Of a stretch of 64,000 nt of DNA, positions 14,801-27,429 are shown one piece after another; the stretch's first letter is position 1; the number at the start of each line of letters is the position of its first letter. Position numbers and translations under genes: made by a program. A model generated the notes under the pieces. It did no database searches and had not been told where the DNA came from. It saw nothing but the letters and a program-made list of their open reading frames with translations. Source of the DNA: Mytilus edulis (taxonomy: Eukaryota); the NCBI RefSeq assembly GCF_963676685.1, contig NC_092345.1:25916001-25980000 (forward strand), read 5' to 3'.

Positions 14801-15290
14801 TAGTCTGCTCACTGCTGTCAAGCTGATACATGTACCATCAAATCACTTTAAAGGGACACATTTGTTTGGTCCATGTTCAAGCACAAGTATACTGATATTT
14901 CTACATCATTAAATGTATACATGTATCTGAGATTTGTCACAAAAATACTCCATTGCGGAACTAAAGAAATATAGGTCAAAGGACTAATAAATAGTAATTT
15001 CTCGTTTTTCATCAATGAGCAAACTTTCATAGGGTCAAACCTCTTAGATTCCCTTCGATATCTGCAAAAAATACTATAAACGGGTTTAAGGTTACAGAAT
15101 TTTAGTGTAAATACCAGCCCCTCCCTTGAACTTCTAAACTTTGTTTTTAACTTTTCTTACCGGCTATCTGATCTTCCGTGAGTGCAGACTGAAAAATAAG
15201 AAAAACATGTCATTAAGCTTCATACTAAATATATATTTAAAGAAATATTAACGTCTTAAACTTAGTTTTTAACTTCCAACAGCTTACCAT
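2873..15290 (-). CDS. MYL6: Myosin II essential light chain (non-muscle, MYL6/Mlc-c-like EF-hand protein), 6 coding exons, 147 aa, complete
   Basis: Exons (minus strand): 15290-15288 (ATG only), 15188-15161, 13736-13596, 6601-6437, 5319-5242, 2901-2873. All introns are GT-AG and phase-compatible; total 444 nt. Protein: [159 protein letters not shown], [13 protein letters not shown] and AELRHVL are essential-light-chain hallmarks. The symbol is the closest vertebrate name; orthology was not tested. Confidence 0.95.
3129..3608. mobile_element. Putative non-autonomous element in the last myosin light chain intron
   Basis: Ends AATATGAGG / CCCCATATT are roughly inverted. TTGGGGACGAAGT occurs twice (about 3153 and 3587), and there is a terminal GGGGACGAAGTCCCC hairpin. 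Confidence 0.35.
3712..5238. mobile_element. Non-autonomous DNA transposon (1527 bp) with CAGTG termini and 5-bp TSD TACCT
   Basis: Left TIR CAGTGTTCCAGCTAGCATGAAATGGAGGGGCGCG; right end reverse-complemented CAGTGTTCCAGCTAGGATTTGAAAATAGAGGGGCGCG. TACCT lies at 3707-3711 and 5239-5243. No transposase ORF. Confidence 0.9.
7278..7720. mobile_element. Foldback MITE family A, full copy (443 bp), TA TSD (Tc1/mariner-like)
   Basis: Starts GAATGAAATTCAAAACAGTGTGGCTGTGGCC and ends GGCCACAGCCACACTGTTTTGAATTTCATTC. Near-palindromic over its whole length and flanked by TA on both sides. Near-identical copy at 33342-33784. Confidence 0.92.
7874..9830 (-). mobile_element. Non-autonomous Helentron-type (HINE/DINE-1-like) element carrying two internal tandem-repeat arrays
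   Basis: Subterminal inverted repeats TTTATACGACCGCA (~7900) and TGCGGTCGTATAAA (~9816). Short palindrome GCTCCGCAGGGCGTAGC at the left end, (GAC)n microsatellite at ~9750-9775, A/T-run boundaries. Internal arrays: ~130/261-bp units (8590-9130) and four ~161-bp units (about 9143, 9303, 9464, 9625). Confidence 0.85.
10432..10529. mobile_element. 98-bp hairpin MITE with 8-bp TSD GGTACGAG (hAT- or P-like)
   Basis: CACAGGCACTTGTTTCTATCCATAGGAAGGTCGATTATCCATATAAA pairs with TTTATATGGATAGTCGACCTTCCTATGGATAGAAACAAGTGCATGTG. GGTACGAG lies at 10424-10431 and 10530-10537; termini are CA...TG. Confidence 0.85.
10612..10785 (+). mobile_element. Interspersed repeat ending ...ATTCCCCATTTCCATTCTCAATTTTA
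   Basis: Reverse-complement copies at about 20228-20277 and 51914-52030. Confidence 0.6.
10918..11030. repeat. Six copies of the 14-mer GTCAAATCGGCACC, probably a DNA-transposon subterminal array
   Basis: The direct repeats are separated by only about 2-10 nt. No matching inverted end was seen in the window. Confidence 0.7.
13120..13270 (+). mobile_element. Abundant interspersed repeat ending ...TTGTCTCATTGGCAATCATACCACATCTTCTT
   Basis: The same 3' end recurs near 5905, 6210, 14330, 38260 and 48632, and reverse-complemented at 49014 and ~53385. Confidence 0.65.
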
Positions 15291-15360
15291 GATTTTCAAT
15301 GCTCTGTTCAATTTATTTCCGGTTTACAGGTGCGAACTTCCGGTTAGTCATTCAAATATG
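15291..15360 (-). promoter_or_regulatory. Probable 5'UTR/core promoter of the myosin light chain gene with ETS-type CCGGAA motifs
   Basis: Two TTCCGG (CCGGAA on minus) motifs near 15317 and 15338, just upstream of the ATG-only exon. Such motifs are typical of housekeeping promoters. TSS not known. Confidence 0.4.
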
Positions 15361-15964
15361 CACAACTAAAAGATAACACTATTTTTTACACTGATTAGAT
15401 GTCGTGCTTCATTTGATTTTTGTAAATCAAAACTTTTCGAAATATATTTTTCTACAAATGATATTCAATGATTATATAATCAGAAATTCTAAATGATTAC
15501 ATCCATGTGTTATTATCAAATCTCAGGCTGATTAATATGTATCGGTTAAATGATTTTATGGTATCTTGCGGCCATACCTACCTACACATGACACACGCAT
15601 TTTTAACAACTATCGCAAATAACAACAATTACAAATGAAATTTCTCATTTATTTGTTAATGTCTATATAAGGTAATATTTATTTGTTAATGACTTTATAA
15701 TGTAAGGTCTTAACTACATGTATTGAACATATATGGATATGAAAACATGGTCCCGGTTGAGTATGTAATTTTCAGTGGATCTAAAAAAAAAAAGCCACGA
15801 CTTCTGCTGACTTCAGTTCTTAATTTTTTCTTCATGAAATTTCTCATCGTATTAAAATATATTATGCTTTATATTAGGAAATAAAAAATGATAAAGTTTA
15901 ATTGTGCCGCAACTTAAAACTCAAAACTTAGCGCGAACTAATAAATTTATCAATTACGGATTCT

Positions 15965-16209
15965 GGGCATCGGTGGCCAAGTGGGCCACGTTGTTCTTCT
16001 ACTACCAAAAAAGCAGTTCTACTGTAATCACTAGCCAGTCAACACTGAGGTTGTGATTTTCGAACCCCACTCGTGCGGGTGCACTCGACTCCAGTCTTAA
16101 TTGACTAGGCTTGTTAGTTTTTCTGTCGAAGGTCGGTGGTTCTAGGCACTCCGGCTTCCTCAACCAATTAAAAAGTGGCGTTAAAATACCGACAATCAAT
16201 CAATCAATA
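15965..16209 (+). mobile_element. tRNA-derived SINE (Nin/Deu-core-like) with (CAAT)n tail
   Basis: A-box-like GGTGGCCAAGTGG, B-box-like TTCGAACCCC, core GGTCGGTGGTTCT..GGCACTCCGGCTTCCTC, tail CAATCAATCAATCAAT. Confidence 0.75.
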
Positions 16210-16308
16210 ACGGATTCCAGTTTTCGCCATTTAACGCAGACTTAAAATTATTCAAAGTCGTCACCGTCACTGTTTAATATGACAGGCTATTCCACTGATC
16301 CACTTTTG

Positions 16309-16458
16309 CATAGGCGGATCCAGGGGGGCCTGGGGGCCCGGGCCCCCTTTGGTGGGGAAAATTTAGTTGATTATATAGGGAATCATTGAAGCATGACTGG
16401 AGCGGCCCCCTTAGGTCAGTCAGCGCCCCCCTAAGGAAAAGTTCTGGATCCGGCACTG
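16309..16458. mobile_element. GC-rich 150-bp MITE
   Basis: TIRs CATAGGCGGATCCAGG and TCTGGATCCGGCACTG. Flanks TTTTG and TATTG may be an imperfect 5-bp TSD. Confidence 0.75.
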
Positions 16459-17738
16459 TATTGGAATTGAAAACGTTTATAGTCTATGCCGTCGTCTTGC
16501 ACTGTTTCTTAATAAGTTTTAGTTGTATTAGATGGTTTATAAGTATATAGGTTCATTCATGCAGTTGATACCAGCAATACCATGTAACGCTTTGCAGACT
16601 TGATTCATGTCGTTTCTGTAGATATTCGAAGGTTGGCAATCTCAATGAACATATAATCTATCTTCTTAACTTAAATGATTTATATCCTCAACTAGTAAAG
16701 TAGTCCTAGCTACTTTGGACATATACCTATTTACGAATATCCGTTTTTTTTAAGGTGTGGAGATCGGACGCATGTAGCATATGTTGCAAGTGGATGAACC
16801 GGCAATTGGCGTATAGACTATACATCTATTGTTCGTCCAATGTTAGAATATGATACCTGCGTCTTATATTATAGAGAGAGAATATAAGAACATTGTGTTC
16901 ATTCATGTAGTCGAAGAAATAATGAATTATAGATATAAAACTATCTGTGTTTTATTAACAACACCTCTTAGATAAAGTAATACAGTTGTCTGAATCTTGT
17001 AACAGGGTGTATTAACGTAAGATAAATTACGCTTGAGATGTCAAGTCAGGCGCTGAGAATTTAAACTCCAGCGCATCAATTATAAAGTCTAGCGCTGTAG
17101 ATATATAAAAAAGTCTTGCTCGATTTTAAACCTTTGGCGCTTGGCTTTCGTCTAAATTGCTTAACTGAAAATCTAAATGGCTACACTTTACATCGTCAGC
17201 GTTAAAATATAAATCCACAGTGCTAGACTACATTTCCAGTGCTTAATTGACTTTGAATCTACAGCGGCGCGCTACACTTTATATTTCCAGAACTATATAC
17301 TTTGAAAAAAACCACAATTCTCTTTATATTTACATATGAGACCAACAAGGATCCGTAAGACTAGTGTTCAAATGTATTTATAAAATGACGAAATATATTT
17401 ATAAACTGCTATATGTTTGTGTTTTTATTTAAGACTGATGATATATCAATCTTAAGTTCATGTACTTATTGGTGTGATAAGAAATACATATACTTAGTGC
17501 TACATGTATCCACACCAAACGTATCAAAACATGATTTTAATGATTGTAAGGAAGCCAACAAACAAAGTTTCTCAACGTGTGTGATCTTTCTACGCATATC
17601 ATTCAAATCTATATGCGCAATGATTATCAGATCATATCAAAATTTAAATTATTATCTTTCATTGCCGATAAATGAATGTTTACTATCTAAATAAAATATG
17701 CACACATGTATCGTAATGTTTACTGTCCATAGTTGAAT

Positions 17739-20700
17739 ATGGACGAAAACGAACCTCTCATTAATAAATCTGGTGATAAAACTATTATAATATATACCAG
17801 ACGATGGTGGGTTTTAGCAATATTTTCATTGAATTGTTTTATGCAAGCCATAATTTGGAATACATGGGGACCAATTGCACAGTCAGCAAAAGAAGTATTT
17901 GGTTGGGACGACGGACAACTTGGAATGCTTCCTAACTGGGGAAACATTGGATTTATAGCTACTGTAATTTTTGCCAGTTATATCATGGACGAAAAAGGTA
18001 TATAATTTATAATTCGTTTGAAAGACTAAGTCTAGTACTTTCTTGTTAGTATATACCACGTACGCACTAATAGTCTACCATCGGATTAAAATTGCATATA
18101 TTTGAAGGAATTGCTCATATACTTGTGGTACCAATGTATGATGTCAAACCAATGTTTGTTTTTCTACTGTCACATGACAAGAATGTTTATATCAGAATAC
18201 ATGTATTATACAAACAGGGCCTCTAAAATGACCCCAGGCCACATTGCTTATTTGTTGACTTAACATATAAGGATAGAACGCTACACCAAAAGGGTTTTGT
18301 TATGTGTCTCAATAAAAAAATCGATTGATGCTCAGAGTTACAACAAACATATTGTATTCTATAAAGATTCAATAAAACTGGACCTTTAAACAAATAAAAT
18401 TTCATCAAAAACCTTTAACATTTGGGTTTCACTTATCATAAACATATTATAAATTCAAAGTTTATGACAGCATGTTCGTTCGTTGACTTTAACTGAAAAA
18501 TATATATGTCTATAAATATTTATCAGAATAAAGCATATATATATTTTCGAGATAATGTGTAGTAATTTAGTTAAACAATATATATATTCTGTGTGCTCAA
18601 ATAGTATAGATCGTCAAAGTAATTTTAAAAATCTTCGTTATTAATTCGACTTCTCATGTGCATAAAGTGTGTAACTAAGCGAACAAATAATTGCTAAGGT
18701 AAAGAATTTGAAGGTATATAAGTCAAGACTATTGTAATGTTTTACTTACATTTTGTATACTCTACAGGCTTGAGAATATCGTGTGTGGTGTGCTCAGGAT
18801 TGATATCAGCGGGAGCCGCATTAAGATGCATTACGAGCATCCCGAAATACGCTACATGGTAATTAAAATAGAGATAAGTTTCTTCCTTGTTTTTTCCACT
18901 TTTTTCATGCACATTAATGGCGAAACGAAATTAACAATCAAGGCAATATTTTGGTTCTGCAAAAGAGAGATACTAAAGGGACATTCAAACTAATCAGTTG
19001 AAAATAAACTGCAATGAAAGTTGACCGACATGAAGGTCAGACCATTGCTCAAGGTCTAAAAAATCATAAAAAAAATTCAACTAAATACAATAGAGTTCAC
19101 TTAAGAAGTTTTAGTCAGTCTATGACATTCAAACTAATATTAAGTTGAAAATAAACTGCAATGGAAGTTGACCGGCATGAAGGTCAGTCAACCATTGAGG
19201 TAAAAAAAAATCATAAAAAAAAATCAACTAAATACAATAGAGTTTACTTAAGAAGTTTTATTCAGTCTATGAATTTTACTTTGTCTAAATAAATAGGTTA
19301 ATCAACACTTCAGCCATACTGAATGGTATTGCTGGAACGGTTTTCTTTGCTGGACCGGCGTTGATAGCATCTGTATGGTTTCCATTAGACCAGCGAGCAA
19401 CAGCGACAGCGATTGGTTCATTCTTCAATTATGCTGGAGTTGCTGTTGGGTTTGTTATTGGTATATAGAATGAAATTCAAAACAGTGTGGTTGTGGCCAT
19501 TGATTGACACATTAAATTCATCCATTGACTGGGACAATTTAGGTGAACGTTTGTATGTAACGACCACTGCTCACTATGTACTTTTTAAAGACACTTAAAC
19601 TATGGGGTCAACAAAGGTCAAATGGCCACAGCCACACTGTTTTGAATTTCATTCTAATTGTATTGAAATAAAGCTTTAATTTCATTTGTTCGACGTAAAT
19701 TGCCAGACTGAATATGAATTTTTTTCCTGAAATACATATTCTTCATTGCTTTAGGTAAGCATATTTTTTAAATATCATATTTGATTTTTTTTTATTCTGT
19801 TTCATTTCTCAATATGAACATTTGGTATTACTTGAAACTTCAGTAACGAAAAGTAAAGTCTCTAAAGAAATGAATAACACGATAGGAATAATCATTTTGT
19901 ATTTTTGATGTAGACAGTTACATTTGTATTTATTAATCATCAAATTGCTATAATCTTAATATTTTTCTAATTATTGAAATGCATTCAATCTTATTGTAAC
20001 TGTATTTTATAGGCCCTCAATTAGTGTCTGCTCCAAAATATAACCACTCTAGTGCTACCGGATCAAGTCAAAGGTAGGTAAAACCTCTTTTAAAATGTGT
20101 TCAAACATCACCAACTGAAGAACGATGTACAATGTATGATATACTCTTAATTAATGACGAAAGTACTATTTCGGTACGATGTCAGATTTTACAGGACATT
20201 ATATTTTAGAATTATTACCATTCACAAATAAAATTGAGAATGGAAATGGGGAATGTGCCAAAGAGACAACAACCCGAGAACATAATGGAACACATCTGTT
20301 GTAACGTAGGCGCTTTTTATTTGTCTATTGAAGTGATTGAGCTTTAAAATTCATGAATTCAGAGTTGTCTTTCTTTTGTCGTAGAATATAATGAATTTAA
20401 AACTTGATTAAAAACTTGGAAACATCATCATGGGACAATAAGCTGTAATAGATTTTAACAAATTTAACCATAAAAAAAAACAGTCAACATTACGTACACG
20501 AATATTGTATATATGTTGTATCTGGAAGATAATAGTTCCAAGTTTTTTCACTTTACAATGGCTTTGAGAGTTCTATTTGAAAGTCAATCAAAATATCCAT
20601 ATTAAAATCAACTAAAGTTGTACGTTTCACTTTGATTTGTACAAAATAACTTCCTTTGGAACTGTTTTTGTTTGTTTGTTTGAAAAAGAACTTGAAAAAA

Positions 20701-23700
20701 GATATGTTTATGTGCGTACACTTCTTTTGTTGTAGTAACGATTTAACAACTGACATTTCTGTGACAACTGCTTCATACGACAACCACACGAGTAGGTATT
20801 AAATATATACGATTTAGTTTCGTATTATTATGTTCAGGTTACTGTCTAGATAAAGAGCAACATACATATCGTTTTTATAGTTGTAAGTATATTGTACAGT
20901 CGTACGCGAAACAAAATATAATGTGTCGCATTATATTCTTTTTGAAAGAGCAATAACTAATCAAAAGCCGAACAAATAATAAATAAACAGCTGCGTCATG
21001 AGCGCATGATACGCACGTCGTCTTGTGTGTGAATTTTTATGCAATAATCATAAATAGTTTCTGACATACGGCGCGACATGTGAACCCCCCCCCCCTCTTT
21101 TTTACAAAAATAAAGTTTTAAACCATCAGCAAAAAGTATACAGATCTTTAGATTAATATAACTAAGAAGAGTGTAAAGTCTTAAGCATTAATCATAAATT
21201 GTTTTTGAAATACAGCCCTGTTTTAATTACAGTTTTAATCTTATTTTCACCAAAAAGTATACAGATCGTTTGACCATTATTAGAAACAGCAATGGTAAGT
21301 TTCATGAAATTTAGATATTAAGTCATTCTCAAGTAACGGTGCGACAGACAGACGGACAAACGGACAGACGACATTTGTATACCATAATACGTTCAGTCAA
21401 AATTTTGACGGGCGTATAAAAATATTACAATGATCAATAAGGTGAATTTTTGCAGATATACTAAGTCTTGTTTTACGTTTTTGATCATCTTCAATCTAAC
21501 TATATTTTCAGCACTTTTGAATTATTCACAATTACAGACTGAGACAATGTGGCTAATGTATTACGGTAAGTTAACTTATGTCAAACGCACTCCTGGAAAG
21601 ATAAAGTTGGATTTTTATTTTTCTGAATGTTTGACTAACAAGCAATGATATCAGTATGGTATTATATTATCCTCATCTTTCCTTTTCGTTATTGTAACAT
21701 CATTAACGTACGAACAAACTGTTTGGATCACTACATTTAGATATCAAGCTAATGTTTCTGTAGTAACACATTTTTGTTTTGATCAAGTTTCGTGCATTGA
21801 GGGTAAGATTCTCGCATTTAATTTTGTGATGTTTTGTTAAAAGCTTGTTTTACATGGAACTATTGCGTCCCGAATGCATATTTCACCAAACAGGGAATGT
21901 AAATTTATTTATGGTCAATTTAAACCATCGTGAATTGCATTTTCAATTTAGACAATGCCTTAAAACAAGTTTAAACTACCAAGTAATGTGACGGTATGGC
22001 GATGTTATAACAACAATAATGATACGCGAACTACGATGCAATGTAAAGACGTTGCCAAAACGAAAAAGACGACTTCAACGTTACAGGACAGTGAAACTAT
22101 TCAGATTCAGGGTTGTATTTTTATGTACAAACTGGACAGAAATCCGGAAGATACTTATAACTGGTAACTTTCCCTCAAATTTTTTTATAACACGACTGCA
22201 TATGTAATCAACATCTTAATATCAAGCTATGAATATTTCATTTCAGAGTGTATGGCTGCAGGTGCCCTTTTTATAGCTGGTTTGATATACTTCCCTGATA
22301 AACCACCAACCCCTCCTAGTTATACTGCTTCTGTCAAGAGGATAGAATATACAAATGCTTTAGGCAAAATTATAAGGTAAGATTTATAATGTCAATAAAA
22401 AACGAAAAAAAATCATTTTATCATGCGTCGATCCGTAGATCTATTGGATTTAACTCGTCAGGAACGCCCAAAGACGATTGTTTGAAGGCCAATGATGTGT
22501 AACAAGTTGTAACAACCGAAACAGTTGAAGATCTACAGAAAAATGGTTTCAAATGTATTTGAATTAGAGAACAAGTTTTGCCGCCTGCTTACCAATTAAA
22601 ATACATGAACGATTTCTGTATAATTATATGACTTCTTTCTATTTTAAAAGTCTATGTTTAAAAGTCTGAACATAGAATACTTGTTTGTGGTAGCAATGAT
22701 TTGATATTGCCCATCATTCGTTATTACAAGACAAAATAGATCTACATTGTTCGTTATTATCAATAAACAATAATAAATGTCACAACTGTAAAAATTTGTA
22801 GAACGAAATTCAAATTGTAGGAACTTAAAATACTGAAAATATTTATCTTTTGAAAATATTACAAAACAAGAATGTGTCCAAAGTACACAGATGCCCCACT
22901 CGCACTATCATTTTCCATGTTCAATGGACCACGAAATTGGATAAAAATATAATTAGGCATTAAAATTAGAAAGATCATATCATAGGGAACATGTGTACTA
23001 AGTTTCAAGTTGATTGGACTTCAACTTCATCAAAAACTACCTTGACCAAAAACTTTAACCTGAAACATGCACTTTCATTTTCTATGTTCAGTGGACCGTG
23101 AAATTGGGGTCAAAAGTTTAATTTGGCTTTAAAATTAGAAAGATCATATCATAAGGAACATGTGTACTAAGTTTCAAGTTGATTGGACTTCAACTTCATC
23201 AAAAACTACCTTGACCAAAAACTTTAACCTGAAGCGGGACAGACGGACGAACGAACAGACGGACGGACGGACGAACGGACGAACGGACGCACAGACCAGA
23301 AAACATAATGCCCCCCTACTATCGTAGGTGGGGCATAACAATATTGTTTTATGGTTAACTTATAATTCATATTTCCAATACAGCTTCTTTTTAAGACTAA
23401 ATCACAAAAACAAACCGGTTTTTTTCACGAAATGTTTCAATTGTTTTTCCATAGGAGTGGTCCTGTATGGTTAATCTCACTAGCTTACGCATTACCTGCG
23501 GGTGTTTATGGTGTTTGGGGTTCAGTATTAGATGTTATTCTTAATCCAGTTGGTGTTAGCCAGGCAAGTTTTTCTTTCAACAGTGGTGTCAACGTGTGCT
23601 ATGTTCAGAGATCTGCAGTGTGATTACATTTCAAACCATAGCCTTTGATCTTTCCCCCTATTTTTGCTTCGCGATAGCAATACTCAGATGAGCAGGGGTT

Positions 23701-26700
23701 TTATTAATTAATGATATGATTTCCGAGTCCATGTTTTTCAAATTCCCTTCATTAGGTACGCACGCGACGAAAAGTGAGGAAAACAATGTAACGATTTGAG
23801 AACACAAACACATAATTGGCCTATCTAGAAAAAGCCAAGACAACCACCTACTTTTTTTAAAATCTCCTAAGTGAGTTTCAATTTAAGTTTAACCCTGGAC
23901 GTGTTAATTATGAAAACGTTCAGTAAGTTGATTGGAATTTTAAATGCAAATACAAAATAGACTTTGTTGTCTATTTTTTTTTATTCTATTGCAATTGATA
24001 AGAATAAGCAAATCCATTTTCTTCAAATTCCCGAATCAAGGATATCAAATATTTTCTGCGATATGTCAAATAGGGATGTTCCATTAAATTGATTTGATTA
24101 AATCCGTTAAACTTTAAGCCGTCGCTGTATTCCTCCGAACATGAGACATATTCCTGAAATAACATCCCATTATTCAAAAACATTAAGACCACAATAGTCT
24201 TAACGTTCAGAAATGACACCGGAATCAGAACATCTCAATAATTGTCAACAACTAAATATTTCAGACAGACGTAGGATGGATTGGGTTCTTTGCTACAATG
24301 GCTGGATGCTTTGGAAGTTTAGTTATTGCAAGGTTTGTTTTCAAGTTTACATTCATTTAAAATTGCTATTTTACTTTCAAGATTAACACAGAAATACAAG
24401 TTTAATGTTAGGAAATACAAGTATAATGTTTAGAACTGCAAGTATAATGTTAAGAAATAAAGATATAATGTTAAGAAATACAAGTATAATGTTAAGAAAT
24501 ACAATGCACTATGTTCAATAAACTTAAAATAGTAGTTTGTTAGATAGTCGTACAGCCACGGGAAAGATGTTATTTTTTCTGTTTCGTACTATTATTTTGT
24601 CGCAGAATTTCAATGTAGAATCGCGTTGTAGTCCTCAAACAATTGAAAGTCTAAAGTATGTTGATTCGGATCCCACGCACTTGATAAAATAGCCAGGCGG
24701 ATAAGAATAAACCAAGCACGAATCGAAAATGTATCAAGCTCTAATGCATAGGAGAATCATACGATAAACGTGAATCCATAATATCGCTTTTGGTCAGATC
24801 TCGTGAACAATTTTCAAGAAGAATAGCCAGTGACAAATTATCTGCAACTGCAAACGTATAATCTCTTTATTTCCAGGTTCGCTGATCTATTTATGAAACA
24901 CATGAAGTTATTTTTAGTTTGTTTATATATATGTGGTGGAGGATCTTATGTTTGGTTTACTTTGATCTGTACAAAGATAATTCCATACTCTTTAGGTAAT
25001 GTATTAATTCATGAATAGAAAAGTAAGGTCAATTTACATCATCAGCAGGATTATTAAAAAAATCCTAGTGAATTGTACGAGACAAGGAATCAATATTATA
25101 GATCATTACAGTACTGTAGCCATGTGTCACACCTAATTGAGCTTCGGATAAAATTAAGTAATCATTCAATGTTTTATTTGATTTTTAAAGCGCAATGATA
25201 TCTTTAAACTGCATATTATTTTTACCACAGAAGATTTTGCTGAATAAGGATGAAATAATGAATGAAAAAGCACTTCCGGAATCCTATTGAAAATAAAACG
25301 ATACATTTCTTTCACATGCAGACTGATTCAATTTGATTTTGGTAGATTTTCACTGCGCAAACTCGTGAAATAAGTAATAACTACAATTTGAAACTCTGAA
25401 TTTCAACAAGAAAAGAAGAAGAAATACAGAGAGCGAAGTAACTGCTTCCTTGACTGACAAACGTATAATCTATACATGTATAACAATGCGTATTTCAACT
25501 ACCTGTACTATTTTAAAGCTACTTTATTTATGTTTCTATCGCTTTAATTAACACTTTTTTTATGAACATTTTTTTCCCTATCTTGCAGTTCAGATTTATA
25601 TATCTTGTATCATTGGCTGTATATTTCTTAATGGAGGCATACCATTATTTTACGAACTTTCTTGTGAAGTATCATATCCCATAGCAGAAGGAATAACGGG
25701 TGCTTTTCTTACTCTACTAAATAACTCATTTGGTGTTATGTTTTTGTTAGCACTACAGATTCCAAATATAGGTAAATCATTATATATTTAAATAGTATAT
25801 ATGCAATATGTTTATTTATAATTTTTTATTAGAATGTTTGAGTCTTTGACAAAAATGTAAATTGCGTCTTATTTTTCATTAAAATCAAACAAAAAGTAAA
25901 ACTAAAATACCGAACTCTTTTTAAAAAGTGTAATAACTGACAAAATCAAACGATATGCATCAACGGAGAAACAACTGTCATATTCCGGATTTGGTTTATG
26001 CATTTCCTTAGAAAATAATGGGTTAAACCTGGTTTCATAGCTGACCGAACCTCCTACTTGTATGACAGTTGTTGACAGTCCCGATTAATAAACAAAATCG
26101 TGTGTGCACTCAAAAACAGCCACAAAATGTCAATTTGACATCAACCTGGATTCAGCAGTCAAAACTGTATAAACATACATCCTAGACATACAACACATCT
26201 GACCAAACATTCGAACACACATAAAGTAATCCATTAGCATGAGGTCGTTATTATTTCACTCGTTTAAATTGTTTTGTCATGTAGGATCTTTTCATAGCTG
26301 ACTTTATATGGTTATGGTTGTGCACAGACAAAAGGACAAAAACACATGTTTCTATATAATATATAACTTCTTGAAAAACTGTATACGAATTTCTTTTCAA
26401 TTTCAAGAAATAAAACATAATTTTGAAAAGTACAAAATGTAGTTATAATGGTATACGTTTTGGTTTAGTAAACATTTGTTAAAATTTAATTTGACAGATT
26501 TTAAAAGGGATATTTTTTAAGAAAAAAGTGCAGAAAAGAGACTTAATTTATAACATAAAAAGCCCATCGAAACGATCAAGATGATATGAAATAGATAAAC
26601 AGTTTATTCATGCTTAAAATATTTTCTAGAATATTCTAATCACATGAAGTGACAACCAACAACTTTAGAACGCCAACAAAAAAAATTAAATATAATTAAT

Positions 26701-27233
26701 CGAAATAAAACGTTTAACTATTCATGACGAAAGAACCCTGCATGAGAATGTTGCAAATTACGTTTGAAAAGAAACTAAAACAAAACAGTGTTATGGAATA
26801 TAAGGTATCTTTGATGACTTGTTTTCACAAATGACTGAGACGATGACACTGTTGGTTGAGGTTTCCTCCCCAAGGGCATCCTCAGATCAGTAGTCATCAC
26901 TTTTGTGTTGACATTGTTGGAGAAACCTAACACAAAAGAATGTATAAGCATAACACATAATGATAATAAATATTAAATGTAATATCTGAAATATTATATT
27001 GATTAACAGGAACATCTTGGATGAATTGGACATTGTTAGGTAGTATAGCTGTTGGACTGCTATTTATGTTTGCATTCCCTGAATCATATGGTAGAACTGA
27101 CTTAGATATGGAAATAGATATTCCAGCTCCAACTGAAGAGGAAAAGTCTATTGTTTTTATACCAAACGGTTCAAATAAAATCATAGTGAATGACGATATT
27201 TTAACAACTACTCATGATATAGCATCAACATGA
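17739..27233 (+). CDS. SLC49A4: SLC49A4/DIRC2-like lysosomal major facilitator superfamily transporter, 12 coding exons, ~505 aa
   Basis: Exons: 17739-17997, 18768-18858, 19297-19460, 20013-20073, 20736-20791 (least certain, needed for phase), 21512-21565, 22247-22376, 23455-23563 (GC donor), 24265-24332, 24877-24995, 25589-25771, 27010-27233; 1518 nt in frame. Family motifs: YTRRWWVLAIFS, WNTWGPI, WFPLDQRATATAI, YFPDKPPTPPS, GWIGF, ARFAD, PLFYELSCEVSYPIAEG, WMNW, YGRTDLD. N-terminal ENEPLI fits the [DE]xxxL[LI] lysosomal sorting motif. An AG acceptor at 17731-17732 implies an upstream non-coding exon. Confidence 0.92.
18980..19272. repeat. Tandem duplication, 2 x ~145 bp, in SLC49A4 intron 2
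   Basis: GACATTCAAACTAAT...AGTTGAAAATAAACTGCAATG...CTTAAGAAGTTTT..TCAGTCTATGA is repeated at ~18980 and ~19124. Confidence 0.85.
19468..19654. mobile_element. Foldback MITE family A, internally deleted copy (187 bp), TA TSD
   Basis: Same termini as 7278-7720, with the centre deleted. Begins at intron position +8 after the exon ending at 19460. Confidence 0.9.
20985..21421 (-). mobile_element. Non-autonomous Helentron-type (HINE-like) element
   Basis: Terminal palindrome TGCGTCATGAGCGCA, subTIRs ATACGCACGTC and GACGGGCGTAT, GACA/GACG microsatellite at ~21343-21370. Confidence 0.75.
22864..23338 (-). mobile_element. Non-autonomous Helentron-type (HINE-like) element with two ~167-bp tandem units
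   Basis: Hairpin TGTGTCCAAAGTACACA, subTIRs ATGCCCCAC and GTGGGGCAT, repeat units at ~22902 and ~23069, (GGAC/GAAC)n microsatellite at 23238-23290. Confidence 0.85.
24390..24503. repeat. Minisatellite, ~5 x 21-22 bp (AGAAATACAAGTATAATGTTA)
   Basis: Direct tandem copies in the SLC49A4 intron after the exon ending at 24332. Confidence 0.8.
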
Positions 27234-27429
27234 CGTCAACAATTGATATTATCATCTTAATTTATTACTTTTGCAAAACCATTTTAGAAATTTTGTATTT
27301 GTTTATCCATATACTTACATAATAATAGTTCTACCTCACATTGAATTAGAATTCTTAACTCCTTATTTTACACAAGAACTAGGAATTGTAGACTTTTTAC
27401 TCATAATACACATAGAATGAATTATTGAC

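Noticed and set aside
15965-16080. tRNA gene
   Set aside because: A and B boxes are present but there is no cloverleaf, and it is followed by a SINE core and (CAAT)n tail.
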